Assembly: GCA_965218095.1 (NCBI GenBank)
Contig: OZ244587.1
Span: forward strand, 4,832,001-4,896,000
DNA length: 64,000 nt
Source of the DNA: Candidatus Poribacteria bacterium
GTDB lineage: Bacteria; Poribacteria; WGA-4E; PCPOR2b
Reading direction: 5' to 3'
The notes under the pieces were generated by a model, which saw only the letters and a list, made by a program, of their open reading frames with translations, was not told the origin of the DNA and did not search any database. This document shows positions 10,491-21,760 of this stretch, in pieces (position 1 is the stretch's first letter; each line of letters begins with the position of its first letter). The position numbers and the translations under genes are program-made.

Positions 10491-11837
10491 GTGAAAGATA
10501 CAGAATCAAATCATGAACTTCTGTTACAGTATCTGGACGGAAACCTCCCTCCGGAAAAGGAGGCGCAAGTTGCCGACCTGTTGCGTCGTGACCCGGAGGC
10601 AAGGGCGTTTCTTCGAGAGGTAGCAGAACAGGCAGTCACAGTGGCAGATTTGGAACGGGCGGAGGAGAATCGAGGGAGAGCGTTGGAAACAAGGCACGAT
10701 GAGGCGGAAAATCGGCACTCAGTGCTGCGCAGAATTGGCAGACAACATGACTCTTTCATCGGATGGCCGTGGGCGGTAGCGGCGGCTGCTCTTATCGCGC
10801 TTATAGCAAATGTCTACTTCCTGCTCACCAACGTCAAGCCTGAGATTGCCCACATCACGGAACTCAGCGGGACTGTACAATGGACAGGTGATGGAGGGAG
10901 AGTGGTTCACGACATTGAAGTTGGTAGTGCATTGCGCGGCGGTACGCTGGAATCCCTTTCTGCCGATTCTTGGGCTACACTGGCGTTTCGGGATGGTTCG
11001 ATGCTAACCATTTTGGGCAAGTCAATGCTGACAATTTCGGAACATGAGCGGAAGGAACTGTATCTCCGGGGCGGCAGCTTATCAGCCGACGTTGCGCCGC
11101 AACCGAAGGGAAAACCGATGCACATCAATACACCTACCGCGAACGTAGAAGTCCTCGGCACCGCGCTAAGTATGGAAACTGAACCGGCATCAACGATTCT
11201 CCGCGTGAGCGAAGGACGGGTCCGCGTGACGCGGCTGGTGGACGGGAGCGTGACCGAGGTTCCAGCAAAGCATCAAGTGGTCGCATCTGTAAATCCGAAG
11301 ACCAATTTCAGTGTGAACCGTCGGCCCGAGCCCGTTCATTCATGGCAAAGCAATCTGCCCACAGGGGCAACTCATGGAGCATGGTTGCCAGATCTGGGTG
11401 AAAATGGTGGTGGTCTGCACGCTATGCCAATGCTGTTATATTCCGGGGAGAAATCGAAGAAAAAACTTGTCCCGTTTTACATTGTGATAGGCAGTGTTTC
11501 TAGTGGTCAGTCTTCACCCGTAGCGTTGACTCACGGCGCGAAGTTTCGCATTCGGGGTCAGATCGAGTCTACGGGGGATGTTGAATTTGGCTTCACGACG
11601 CACATTCCGGAGGGAGGTTTTGCAGCGAAGTGTACGGTTAGGCGCAGATTTGAGGTCCTTGAGAAATCAGATGAAAATCTAGACGTTGAATTTCATCTTG
11701 GAGATTTTAATTTGATGGCAAAGGAAACTCCTGACTCACTAATTGACCTGATACTCTTCGAGTGGTGGTGTAGCACTGACGAAGTGGATGCTGGACTGAG
11801 CATCAGTAGCATTGAGTTGATACCGGCTGAATGGTAG
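10491..11837 (+). CDS. FecR-domain anti-sigma / membrane signal transducer
   Basis: N-terminal QYLDGNL anti-sigma helix, one TM helix, FecR motif TPTANVEVLGT...VSEGRVRV. Confidence 0.85.
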   Translation: MKDTESNHELLLQYLDGNLPPEKEAQVADLLRRDPEARAFLREVAEQAVTVADLERAEENRGRALETRHDEAENRHSVLRRIGRQHDSFIGWPWAVAAAALIALIANVYFLLTNVKPEIAHITELSGTVQWTGDGGRVVHDIEVGSALRGGTLESLSADSWATLAFRDGSMLTILGKSMLTISEHERKELYLRGGSLSADVAPQPKGKPMHINTPTANVEVLGTALSMETEPASTILRVSEGRVRVTRLVDGSVTEVPAKHQVVASVNPKTNFSVNRRPEPVHSWQSNLPTGATHGAWLPDLGENGGGLHAMPMLLYSGEKSKKKLVPFYIVIGSVSSGQSSPVALTHGAKFRIRGQIESTGDVEFGFTTHIPEGGFAAKCTVRRRFEVLEKSDENLDVEFHLGDFNLMAKETPDSLIDLILFEWWCSTDEVDAGLSISSIELIPAEW

Positions 11838-11939
11838 CAGAAACTTGCCGAGATCATTGCTCCTAGCTTGAGAAGCAATTCTTATCAATCATTAGTCACA
11901 CAAGACATGGAATGGAATCATATTAGAGAGGAAGATGTA

Positions 11940-13944
11940 ATGAGAAAAAAAGGACAAAAGCGAATCATTACTAGCAGCATCATTGTGACCCTTTTTCTCA
12001 CAAACGTGAGTATCTGGCTGACAGCATGTAGTAAAAACGAGGCAAAAACGCCACAAAAGACGGAAGCTGTAAGACGTGGCGATTTTGTGATAAAGATTAA
12101 CTCATCAGGAAATCTGGAATCCCTGTTGTCAGTCGAAGTAAAATCGAATGTCGAGGGTGAAATCGAAAAACTTTATGTCGAGGAAGGCGATTTCATTGAG
12201 AAGGGCCAAATCTTGCTCCAGATAGATGATGAGCAAATTAGAGAGGAAATGAGGCAAGCAGAAGCAAATGTGTCTGCTGCACAAGCAGAGCTAGAGCAGG
12301 CAAGGCGATCGCTTACCATAGCTGGACAGCGATCTGAAGCAGCAGCGCGACAGCGTGACACAGGCTCAATCTGGCTATAACGTCGCCAAGGCGACAACGG
12401 AACAGCAAATATCGCAGCAGAATACAAATATTCAGAATACCAAGCAAGCCTTGGAGCAGGACCGAGCTGCGCTGCGACAGGCAGCAATCGCACTGAGGCA
12501 GACAGAACTCACTTTAAGCGAATTAGAGGAAGCCGAAAAAGCCGCCAAGGCAGACTTGGACAACGCGGAATCTGAACTAAGGCGTCGTGAAGGGTTGTAT
12601 GAGAGTAAATTTGTTCCCAAGAAATCTCTGGAGGAGGCTCAAGCTGCGCTGGCAAACGCTCGCTCCCGCTATGAATCCGCTCAAAACCGCGTGTTGTCGC
12701 AAAAAGAGACCGTTCAGTCGCAGCAGGAAACCATTGATACGCGCCAGCGGGCAGTCCATATGCGAGAGACAACGCTCGCATATGAAGAGCAGAACCTGGA
12801 GCTGCTGAAGCAAACGCGCGAGGCTCAAGAAGAACAAGCCTTAACACAAATAAATATCGCACAGACACGTCTAGCTCAGCTTGAGCAAAACCTCAATGAT
12901 GAAGTGGATATCAGCCGTTTTGCCCTTGAGAGTGCTAGGGCGAACTTACTGCGGGCCGAAAGCTCCCTGAAAAATCAGAGAGAACGGCTTGAATGGACGA
13001 TAGTCGTAGCCCCTATGTCAGGTGTTGTCATCAATCTGGAAGTTGAAGAAGGTGAGATCGTTACTTCCGGACGTTCCGCTTTTTCACAGGGACCCGCTAT
13101 AATGTCTATTGTAGATCTATATCAAATGGTCGTTAAGACCTATATCAACGAAGTGGATATGGGGAAGCTAGAACTTGGCCAGAAGGCGGAAATTCAGGTC
13201 ATATCCTATCCGAACAGGCCCTTTCTCGGGGAAGTACGAGAAATCTCCCCCAGCGGTGAAGCGCGTGATAATATCATCTATTTTGAGGTAATGGTCGCTG
13301 TTCTCGGTTCGCCTCAAGAACTTCGTCCCGGCATGACAGCGGACGTGGATATCATTGTGGTAGAACGTCGAGCCACGCTTCTCCTTCCTATTGCCGCGGT
13401 GCAGAGCCAGCGAGTGATGACTGCTAATCTGATGCTGCCTGCGGAGGACGCTGACCGGTTGGTTTTCAATCAACCGGTGGAATTGGGCTTAGGCACAGGG
13501 GGCAGGTCTCCGGGCATAATCAGCCGTTTGACCGCAGGTGCGGCAGGCATCCACGTTGAAATTGCGCTGACTGGCGCAGGTGAGCGTTTTAGCCAAGGAA
13601 GGGCGTCTGTGGATCTTCGCACGGCCGGTTATAACAATCGGAACATTCCCGCTGTACTTCGCTTTGGCAGGTTGTATTATGCAGCGCGATCCTCAACAGA
13701 AAAAGTAAAGGAGGTTACGAAGCCGGTCATTGACAAAGACATCAAAGAGAAAACAAAAGACAGCGCGAAAACAGGTGTTGAAGAAGATGTCAATACGCTT
13801 ATCCAAGTAGGGGCGCAAGACAACACGTACATAGAGGTCTTGAGTGGTTTGAATGAGGGGGATGAGGTCATCGCGCAAGCGTCCGCGCTGTTGGCTTCTG
13901 GAATGGCTGAAAAGGGAGAGAAAGAGAGCCTAGCAAAGAAATGA
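11940..13944 (+). pseudogene. Efflux periplasmic adaptor (MacA/HlyD-like) with long coiled coil, frameshifted near 12320
   Basis: VEVKSNVEGEIEKLYVEEGD in one frame; LDSDLKQQRDSVTQAQ...APMSGVV...LRPGMTA continues in another frame. Confidence 0.8.
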
Positions 13945-14319
13945 ATCTTCTTGAAAGCATCGCTTCAGGAATTCAGGTTCTGTTTAGTCATAAGATGCGC
14001 ACTCTTCTAACCTTACTTGGGGTGATGATCGGCGTGGCGGCAGTCATCAGTATGGTTTCCGTCGGTGATGGAGCCAAGACAATAGTGATGGAGGACTCTG
14101 AGAAAATTGGTGGCGCGACCATGGTTTACTTCAAGGAGGCTCGTTATAAGAAAGCAGGTGACAGGCAGGTTCGCAGAGACAGTGAGGAATATTTCACGTT
14201 AGCAGACGCAGAGGCGATAGAAGAACAATGTCCCGCGGTGAAATATGCGGTTGCCTCTATTTACGGCGATGCGCGAGTTAGCACGGGAGTAGGTTTATCT
14301 ATGCGGGAAATGTATACTA

Positions 14320-15139
14320 GGTTCTGTTGACATTTCAAGGGAGCCATATAAGAGTGGCGACAAAGCTGAGAAATCCAAAATAACGGACAGCTAGCTTCTC
14401 AAACCGAGAGAAGATACGACGATACCATTTTATCTTGTTGATGAAACATTCAACCCGATGTCTCTCTTTGTATAAGTGTTTGTCATACGTTCTTTGGTCA
14501 ACACGATGACTTTTTGGCGGTATCACCACAATCGCTCCATTCGCCTCAATAACGGCGATAAAAGCGTCCGAATCGTACCCCTTGTCTCCAATCACATATT
14601 CACTATTATATCCGATTATCAACCCTTCTGCCTCAGTTATGTCATGTCTCTGACCGGGTGTCAGATGAATTCTTAGGGGATTGCCTAGTCCGTCAACGGT
14701 GATGTGATTTTTTGTACTGAAACTGCCCCGAGACCGACCTAATGCTTGGTTTTCAGTGCCACCGTTTTTTTTTCGGCGCCCGCCGCAGACGGGTGAGCGC
14801 GGCAGATGGTACTGTCCACAATAAGCGACTCGATATCGGGGTCAGAGGCAAAGTGGGGGTGCATCTGTGTGAAGATACCTTTGTCGCACCATCGAGCAAA
14901 CCGCTTGTAGCGGGTGTTCCATTTGCCATAGGTGTCTGGTAGAAGTCTCCATTGAGCCCCGCTACGAGTCACCCACAGGACGGCTTCGACGAAGCGGCGT
15001 GTAGCAGCTTCGTCGCCAACATAGATGGTGGGACAGCTAAGAAGAAACCGGTATATCTTATTCCATTGGTCATCAGGTAAGGTTATTGGCGTCATTCTTC
15101 TATTATGCCACAACCTTATACTCAAATGTCAACAGAACC
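14320..15139 (-). mobile_element. IS5-family (IS427-like) insertion sequence, 820 bp
   Basis: Perfect IRs ggttctgttgacattt / aaatgtcaacagaacc; TA duplication within a CTAG target; two-ORF transposase. Confidence 0.92.
14335..15095 (-). CDS. IS5-family transposase, OrfA/OrfB joined by -1 frameshift
   Basis: OrfA RSGAQWRLLP..YGKWNT..VDST; A9 run at 14765-14773 shifts to ALGRSRGSFSTK...GDKGYDSD...RHRVECFINKIK with no stops. Confidence 0.88.
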
Positions 15140-16014
15140 TAGTTACCTAAGGTGTCACGCCATCATACCAGAAAGGGATGAATTGGCGTCCCTAGTCAGG
15201 AAGATTTATCTCCGATGCCGACGTGGAAAATGCAATGTCCGTCTGTGTTGTGGGGCGAGATGTCGTGAATGAGTTATTCAGAGGCGAAGATCCCATTGGT
15301 GCCGTAATCAGATTGGATGACGTGCGTTTCTCTGTCATTGGGGTTATGGAACAGCGTGGGCGTAGTTTGAGATTTGGTTGGAATCTGGATGAGAGTATCT
15401 TCGTGCCGATAACTACTGTGCAGCAGCGATTCACCGGTAATGACCGCATTGCCCTATCAGTCAAGGCAGCGAATACTGGAAACGTGCCGAAAGCAATTGA
15501 ACAAACAACAACACTGCTGTTGAGTCGGCATCGGAACCAAGAATTCTTCCAGCCTTACGACGTGACAAGCGGTCTGGAGTTCATAATGAAAATCAACAAG
15601 ATCATCAAGATCTTGTTGACAGGGGTGGCTGGTTTCTCATTACTCATCGGTGGCATAGGCATCATGAACATCATGCTGGTGTCGGTTGCGGAACGCACAC
15701 GAGAGATTGGACTGCGTAAAGCTATCGGCGCGAAGCGTCGGAACATTCTTGGGCAATTCCTGATAGAAGCTGTTCTCCTTTGCACATTTGGTGGCTTATT
15801 GGGACTGTTATTGGGAATTGTCTTGGGAGCAGGGGTGGCTTGGACCGTGACTAGCTTTATCATCAAGACAGTTAGCTGGCCCTCCTCGCTCCCGTTTTTC
15901 TGGGCGATGGTATCTCTGGTTTTTTCGGCTGTCATCGGTATGTTTTTCGGGCTTTATCCCGCCATCCGAGCCTCGCGTTTGGATCCAACTGTCGCATTAA
16001 AAATGGAATAGGGT

Positions 16015-17317
16015 ATGAGTTTTCTAGACGGACTATCAATGGCTTTTTCTGGTTTGCGCAAGCAGCCGTTGCGTGCCTGCCTCACCTTATTAGGTATCGT
16101 TATTGGCGTCGGTGCTGTTGTAGGTGTCGTGGCAATTGCAGACGGGGCACGGGTTATGACGCTAGAAGAGATTCAGCAAACAGGCGGTATTAATATGCTG
16201 GAGATCTCCCGAAATCAGTGGGAAAGAAGTAGCAGAGGAGGGACACTCGTTCAGACTGTTCAGGCAGTCACAGGTAGATGGCAAAAGAACAGGTCGGAGG
16301 CTTTGGAATATCCTGATGCAATTGCTCTGGAAGATGGTACAACTTTGGTAGCACAGGCAGTCGCAGAAACTGAAAGAGACGGGATAAATGCCACTTTTGA
16401 GGGCAGTACAACTGAAGCACGCCTTATCGGCGCATCTCCGGGCTATCAACGTTCACATAACTGGTATGTCTCCAATGGACGCTTTTCAACGATATAGACA
16501 TGGAAAATGGCAATCTGGTCACGGTGATTGGCTCACAACTTGCCGAGGATTTGTTTGTTAGACACTCGCCCATAGGGGAGAAGATTCGGGCACAACGTTT
16601 TCAACAGAGATGGGGTGATTCGTTCGATATCGTACTTGAAGTGATAGGAGTCATGAAACACAAAGGGGGAACTGGAGCCACAATAGAATGGGATGCTTCA
16701 ATCATTACGCCGCTGCGAACCTTTCAGGAGCGTGTAACCGGAACGAAAAGTATCGAACGTATTCGCGCGGAAGTTGCAGATGTAGAGCAGATAGATCAAG
16801 CTATGATTGAGGTCGGAGAATATTAAGTCGTCAGCATCCCGGAGATAATCAGTACGAAATATGGACAGCTACCCAAGAATTGGTAATAGCGGAACGAGTA
16901 GGATTGGTCATGAAACTGATGCTTGGTGGAATTGCCAGCATTGCGCTTCTAGTAGCGGGTATTGGCATTATGAATATCATGCTTATCTCGGTGACTGAAC
17001 GCACAAAGGAGATTGGGCTACGGAAGGCAATCGGCGCTAGACGACGGGATATTCTGCTTCAATTCCTAGTAGAGTCTGTCACACTCAGCTTAGGCGGTGG
17101 CGTTCTGGGGATTTTCTTCGGGATATTCCTCGGGCATGCCACTGCAAATCTTATATCGAATATGGTTTGGGAGAATACCCAATGGCCCGTCGTTTTTTCG
17201 CCCTTGACTGCCGTCATTGCATTCATCGTTGCCATAGCTGTAGGTATCTTTTTCGGTCTTTATCCCGCTCAGAAAGCAGCGCGGATGACTCCTGTTGATG
17301 CATTAAGACGCGAGTAA
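16015..17317 (+). pseudogene. Second MacB/FtsX-like ABC permease, two frameshifts
   Basis: Three consecutive ORF pieces; frames rejoin near 16487 (GRF/NDIDMENG) and 16818 (EV/RILSRQHP). Confidence 0.85.
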
Positions 17318-17443
17318 AAGTAGCATCGTCCGCACAGAGTACGGAAAAATGCGATTGGGTATGTTACTTTTTCGGAGATTTCGTATTCTTCAAGCAGGCT
17401 CGACAACATCACAATCACGAATAACAAAAAAGGAGATTTGCTT

Positions 17444-18922
17444 ATGAAACACATATTCATACCAATTCTAATACTCATCTTAGTTACGGTGTTGACCTCG
17501 TTCCATGCGACTCACGCGCAAGATGGAGCCACAGAGACTGACCTGGAAGCATTGGGTGCCCAATTGAAGGCGGCTGTCGCCAGCGGTGAAATGACCGAAG
17601 AAGAAGCATTTGCCAAGTACGAAAAAGTGGCTGGGAAGATGAAAGGCGCAAAAACCGGGAAGGGCAAAGGCAAAGACGACAAAAACTCGAAGGCACCAGC
17701 AATAAACGGTCTACCCTATTCGCCAAACGTACCAGATGGCATAGATCCAACTGATGGTGTCTCGTTTGATTCCAACCATATGGTGTGCATTAAAGTGACA
17801 ATGGATCAACATGATTTCGAGCTGTTGACCAAGGAAACTCGCTTTGATGGTGCCGGAAATGACTTCGAGCAAATATGGTCGGATTGTTCGCAACCCTGGC
17901 CCTCAGCGTATAACTGGTATCAGGCAGATATCGAGATCGACGGCGTGAGCCTATTAGAGGTTGGAATTCGTAAGAAGGGCTTTGTTGGCTCCCAGTTCTC
18001 GCCGGTACCAGCTTTGAAAATCAAGACTGACAAATACGTGAAAGATCGATTCCTTGGCGATACCGAGCGAATCACGCTCAATAACAATGGTGGAATCATA
18101 CCCCGCATGGCAACCTGTCTGACCTACGAAGTCTTTGCCGTAGCTGGCTACCCTGCGCCCCGGTGCAACATGGCAAATGTGATAGTCAACGGTCAGCCAA
18201 AAGGTCCCTACGTGCATGTCGAAGCCATCAAGAAGCGTTTCCTTCGTCGGGCTTTCGGTGACGACACCGGCTCCCTCTATGAGGGTACGCACACCGACTT
18301 TGTCGAAGCGTGGTTGCCGCGCTGGGAGTGCAAAACCAGCGATACCGACACCAGTTATGCACTGCTGATAGGTGTTGCCCAAGCCCTACAGAAGCCCGAC
18401 GATGAGCTTGTCGATGCACTGTCTTCCGTGCTGAACATCGATCGTTATATCACCTTTTGGGCACTTGAGGTACTTGTGGGCCACCTCGATGGCTACGGTG
18501 CCGACCGCAATAATTTCTACGTCTATTTTGATCCGACGGATGCTGGCCGCGCCGTTTTCATACCTTGGGGGGCCGACAAAACATTTCTTGGTGATTTTAG
18601 TCGAGATCGGTATCTGACAGCCGGCCTGATCGCCGATCTGCCACGGCGTCTCTCCCGCATACCAGCCATGGCCACTCGCATGGAAAATGAACTCGAAAGG
18701 TTGCTCGACGAGGTGTGGGACGAGGCTGCCATCCTAGGGAGCATTGATCGCTACAGCGCACAAGTAAAGCGTGCACAGCAGGACGACGACTACGATACCA
18801 AGGTCGAAACCCTGCGTACTTGGGTGAGAAGTCGTCCCGATCAGGTCCGCGAGATGCTTCGTGTCGGACTCCCTGTGGGCATGGAAAAATCACTCCCTTG
18901 TACAAACGAACGTGTGAAATGA
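17444..18922 (+). CDS. Secreted CotH kinase-family protein
   Basis: Signal peptide; VGIRKKG, LTLNN-type segment, GPYVHVE, GSLYEG, HLDGY..NNFYVY, FIPWGAD. Confidence 0.85.
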   Translation: MKHIFIPILILILVTVLTSFHATHAQDGATETDLEALGAQLKAAVASGEMTEEEAFAKYEKVAGKMKGAKTGKGKGKDDKNSKAPAINGLPYSPNVPDGIDPTDGVSFDSNHMVCIKVTMDQHDFELLTKETRFDGAGNDFEQIWSDCSQPWPSAYNWYQADIEIDGVSLLEVGIRKKGFVGSQFSPVPALKIKTDKYVKDRFLGDTERITLNNNGGIIPRMATCLTYEVFAVAGYPAPRCNMANVIVNGQPKGPYVHVEAIKKRFLRRAFGDDTGSLYEGTHTDFVEAWLPRWECKTSDTDTSYALLIGVAQALQKPDDELVDALSSVLNIDRYITFWALEVLVGHLDGYGADRNNFYVYFDPTDAGRAVFIPWGADKTFLGDFSRDRYLTAGLIADLPRRLSRIPAMATRMENELERLLDEVWDEAAILGSIDRYSAQVKRAQQDDDYDTKVETLRTWVRSRPDQVREMLRVGLPVGMEKSLPCTNERVK

Positions 18923-19112
18923 AAAATCGTCTCACACATCACAATAGCAAAGGAGAAATTAACAATGAGAAGGTTAGCTTGCAGTTTGCTAGTTTGGATT
19001 GGCTTCCGTTGCGTGGCGGAACTGACAACAGATGAATAACACAGTACCTGTCTTAACGAGGCTACATCGTCCTATCAGGCTAATTGAGGCAACAAGGAGA
19101 GATTAATAATTC

Positions 19113-20759
19113 ATGAGACACATATCACTGACAATCCTAACACTCGCTTTCGTCGCAGTGTTGATTCCACCTTATGCAACACTTGCTGAAAATGAGGCGG
19201 AAGAAGTGTATTGGAACCAGTTTCGTGGCCCAAACGGAGACGGCAAAACGCTTGCGATAGATCTCCCAGTCAAATTTAGCGAAACACAGAATATACGCTG
19301 GAAAACGGCGATTTGCGACAAGGGGTGGTCGTCGCCAGTCGTTTGGGGTGACCAGATTTGGCTGACGACAGGGCGTGAAGATGGTACGGAACTGTTTGCC
19401 ATTTGTGTGGACAAAGACAGTGGGAAAATCATACATGACATCAAGGTATTCGATGTGGCGCAGCCGCAGTTAGAACATCCAGGCCTGAACAGCCACGCCA
19501 CACCCACCCCTATTGTAGAAAAGGATCGCGTCTATGTTCACTTTGGAACCTACGGCACAGCCTGTCTAGATAGGGAAAGTGGGGAGAAACTCTGGGAGCG
19601 TCGAGACCTAAACACCGATCACCGAGTACGTCCCGCATCCTCACCCATTATTGAGGGCGATTCACTCTTTCTCACTTTTGACGGGGTTGATATTCAGTTT
19701 GTTGTAGCACTCAACAAGAACACCGGCGAAACCCTCTGGCTGCGGGACCGGGATGTGGATTCAGATATGGCAGCCATGCTCAAGGCGGAAGGCTTCTCCG
19801 ATGCCGATATTGAAGAGACCCAAAAGGAAAAACCGAATGACAACAAGAAGTCTTACGCAACGCCAACAATCATTGAGTATCAAGGGAAGCAGCAGCTCAT
19901 TAGCCCGGCGGCTGGTGCTACAATCTCGTATGACCCAGAGACCGGCGGCGAACTCTGGCGTGTTCGCCATCGTGGCATGGGCTTTAACGTAGCGTGCCGT
20001 CCAATCTTTGAACACAATCTCATTTATCTCACGACCGGCGTGGCAAAACGACTGTTGGCAATCCGCCCTTCAGGAACGGGTGATGTAACGGATACACATG
20101 TTGCTTGGAGTGCTCGCAGGGGGACTCCCGAAATACCGTCACCACTAATTGTGGACGACCTGATGTTCATGGTCACTGAAGGGGGTGTCGTATCTTGTCT
20201 GGAGGCGAAAAGTGGGAATGAGGTTTGGAAAAGACGGCTCGACGGTGATTACTGGGCATCACCTCTGTACGCCGACGGAAAAATCTACTTTTTTAGCCAA
20301 GAGGGAAACGTGTCAGTGATTTCAGCGGGACGAGAATTTGAACTACTTGCCGAAAACGAGTTCGACGAAGGTTTCATCGCATCTCCGGCAATCGCTGGCA
20401 ATACCATAATCGTGCGTTCTCTGACACATCTCTATTGCTTCGCCAAGGGTTACGAGATGGCACCACAACCAGAAATCGTGAGTAAGCCGAGAGCATCAAA
20501 GCCGAAAAAAAAGGTGTCCAAACCGCTGTCGGAACTTCCACTCAATATCACAGGATACTATATGGGCGAGACTCGTAACGACAGCGTTTTTGAGGCAACG
20601 TTTCTCATTGAATTCCCAGATCTTGACAAAGATGATTGGCCCACGGTCACCTTCACTGGCGAGCAATTCCGAGCTGCCTTTGCGAACCTGACGCAGTACC
20701 ATCGTGTCACACTCAATCTAACTGAAGGTGCAAAGGGAGGTAAAGGTCGCAGTAAATAA
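19113..20759 (+). CDS. Secreted PQQ-like (BamB-like) beta-propeller protein with C-terminal extension
   Basis: Signal peptide; WNQFRGPNGDG, GWSSPVVWG, ASSP, YATP, YWASP repeats. Confidence 0.85.
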   Translation: MRHISLTILTLAFVAVLIPPYATLAENEAEEVYWNQFRGPNGDGKTLAIDLPVKFSETQNIRWKTAICDKGWSSPVVWGDQIWLTTGREDGTELFAICVDKDSGKIIHDIKVFDVAQPQLEHPGLNSHATPTPIVEKDRVYVHFGTYGTACLDRESGEKLWERRDLNTDHRVRPASSPIIEGDSLFLTFDGVDIQFVVALNKNTGETLWLRDRDVDSDMAAMLKAEGFSDADIEETQKEKPNDNKKSYATPTIIEYQGKQQLISPAAGATISYDPETGGELWRVRHRGMGFNVACRPIFEHNLIYLTTGVAKRLLAIRPSGTGDVTDTHVAWSARRGTPEIPSPLIVDDLMFMVTEGGVVSCLEAKSGNEVWKRRLDGDYWASPLYADGKIYFFSQEGNVSVISAGREFELLAENEFDEGFIASPAIAGNTIIVRSLTHLYCFAKGYEMAPQPEIVSKPRASKPKKKVSKPLSELPLNITGYYMGETRNDSVFEATFLIEFPDLDKDDWPTVTFTGEQFRAAFANLTQYHRVTLNLTEGAKGGKGRSK

Positions 20760-20770
20760 GGCTGGCTATA

Positions 20771-21397
20771 TCAGTGGATATCAATTCCATTTTCCGCAGC
20801 GATTCCGCGAACATTTGCGTTCGCAAGGGGAATCTTTCCCATCGGCAGATGTTCAATCAGACCGTATCCATCCGGATAGAACTCATCAAACCTTCTGAGT
20901 GCCTGCGCGAGATCTAACTCGCCCTCACCGGGCATCTCCTCATTAATGTGAAGGACCAAGCCGTTTGTCACCTTGATGTCTTTGACATGCGCCACAGGGG
21001 CGATTGGTCCCATTACATCAAAGATATGGTTCAACCAATCGGTGCTATTATAAACCTGCTGAAGCGTCTGAAAATGGTTGACAAAGTCCATAACGATGTG
21101 CAGGCTATCTAAGCCGACGGCATCAACAACCGCCTTGCATGTTTCGGGCGAGTCCATTATCGAAACGGCATGGGTCTCGACAATAATGGTCACACCTTCC
21201 GCATCCGCCTTCTGAGCAATTGGCGTTAATGTCTCGATTAAACGTTCCATACTTTCATGCAGGTGGTTATCCCGGTGCGACGTCCATGACCCATCGGGAT
21301 TCAGGCTTCCGGGACGGATGAGGTAGCTATGTACGTTGATCTGCCGCGCAATCTCTGCGCCTCGATTAATCCTTCTGATGATCGACTCCCTGACAGC
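20771..21397 (-). pseudogene. Sugar phosphate isomerase/epimerase (TIM barrel), 5' truncated
   Basis: IVETH, MDFVN, AHVKD, PGEGELD, LIEH metal motifs; the ORF upstream of ~21397 does not resemble the family. Confidence 0.7.
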
Positions 21398-21500
21398 AAG
21401 AAGCTGTAAGATAGATCTGAAGCTCAAGGGAAATAATAAACACTTTCTTACAAAAGTGCTTGAAAGAAGGGGGTGGGTGATATATAATGTTTTCAGTACC

Positions 21501-21760
21501 CAATACAAGGTTAGATGGCTGGGCAAAGTGCAAGTCAAAGGCAGGCAAGATGCGTTTTCGGTGTTTGAAGTCTCCGATGGGGCCCCGGAGGAGATAGCAG
21601 CAGTCAAGATGAAGACCAGAGAAGACTTTGAAAGGGGCCTGACCTACTATAATGACAACAAATCTGCTGAGGCAAGTGTGTGTTTCAATAACGTACTAAA
21701 GAGCGACCCGGAAGATAAGGCCGCTCGGCTTTATCTAGAGCGTACGGCTCATTTTAAAGC
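21501..21760 (+). pseudogene. C-terminal fragment of class III adenylate/guanylate cyclase
   Basis: RWLGKVQVKGRQ..SVFEV...FERGLTYY...DPEDKAARLYLER; no start, runs into the SDR 3' end. Confidence 0.7.

Larger units (their letters stand above)
13941..16011 (+). pseudogene. MacB/FtsX-like ABC permease interrupted by IS
   Basis: RTLLTLLGVMIGV N-terminus and GGIGIMNIMLVSVAERTREIGLRKAIGA C-terminus; IS at 14320-15139; in-frame TAG near 15193 and a residual frameshift even after removing the IS. Confidence 0.88.
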
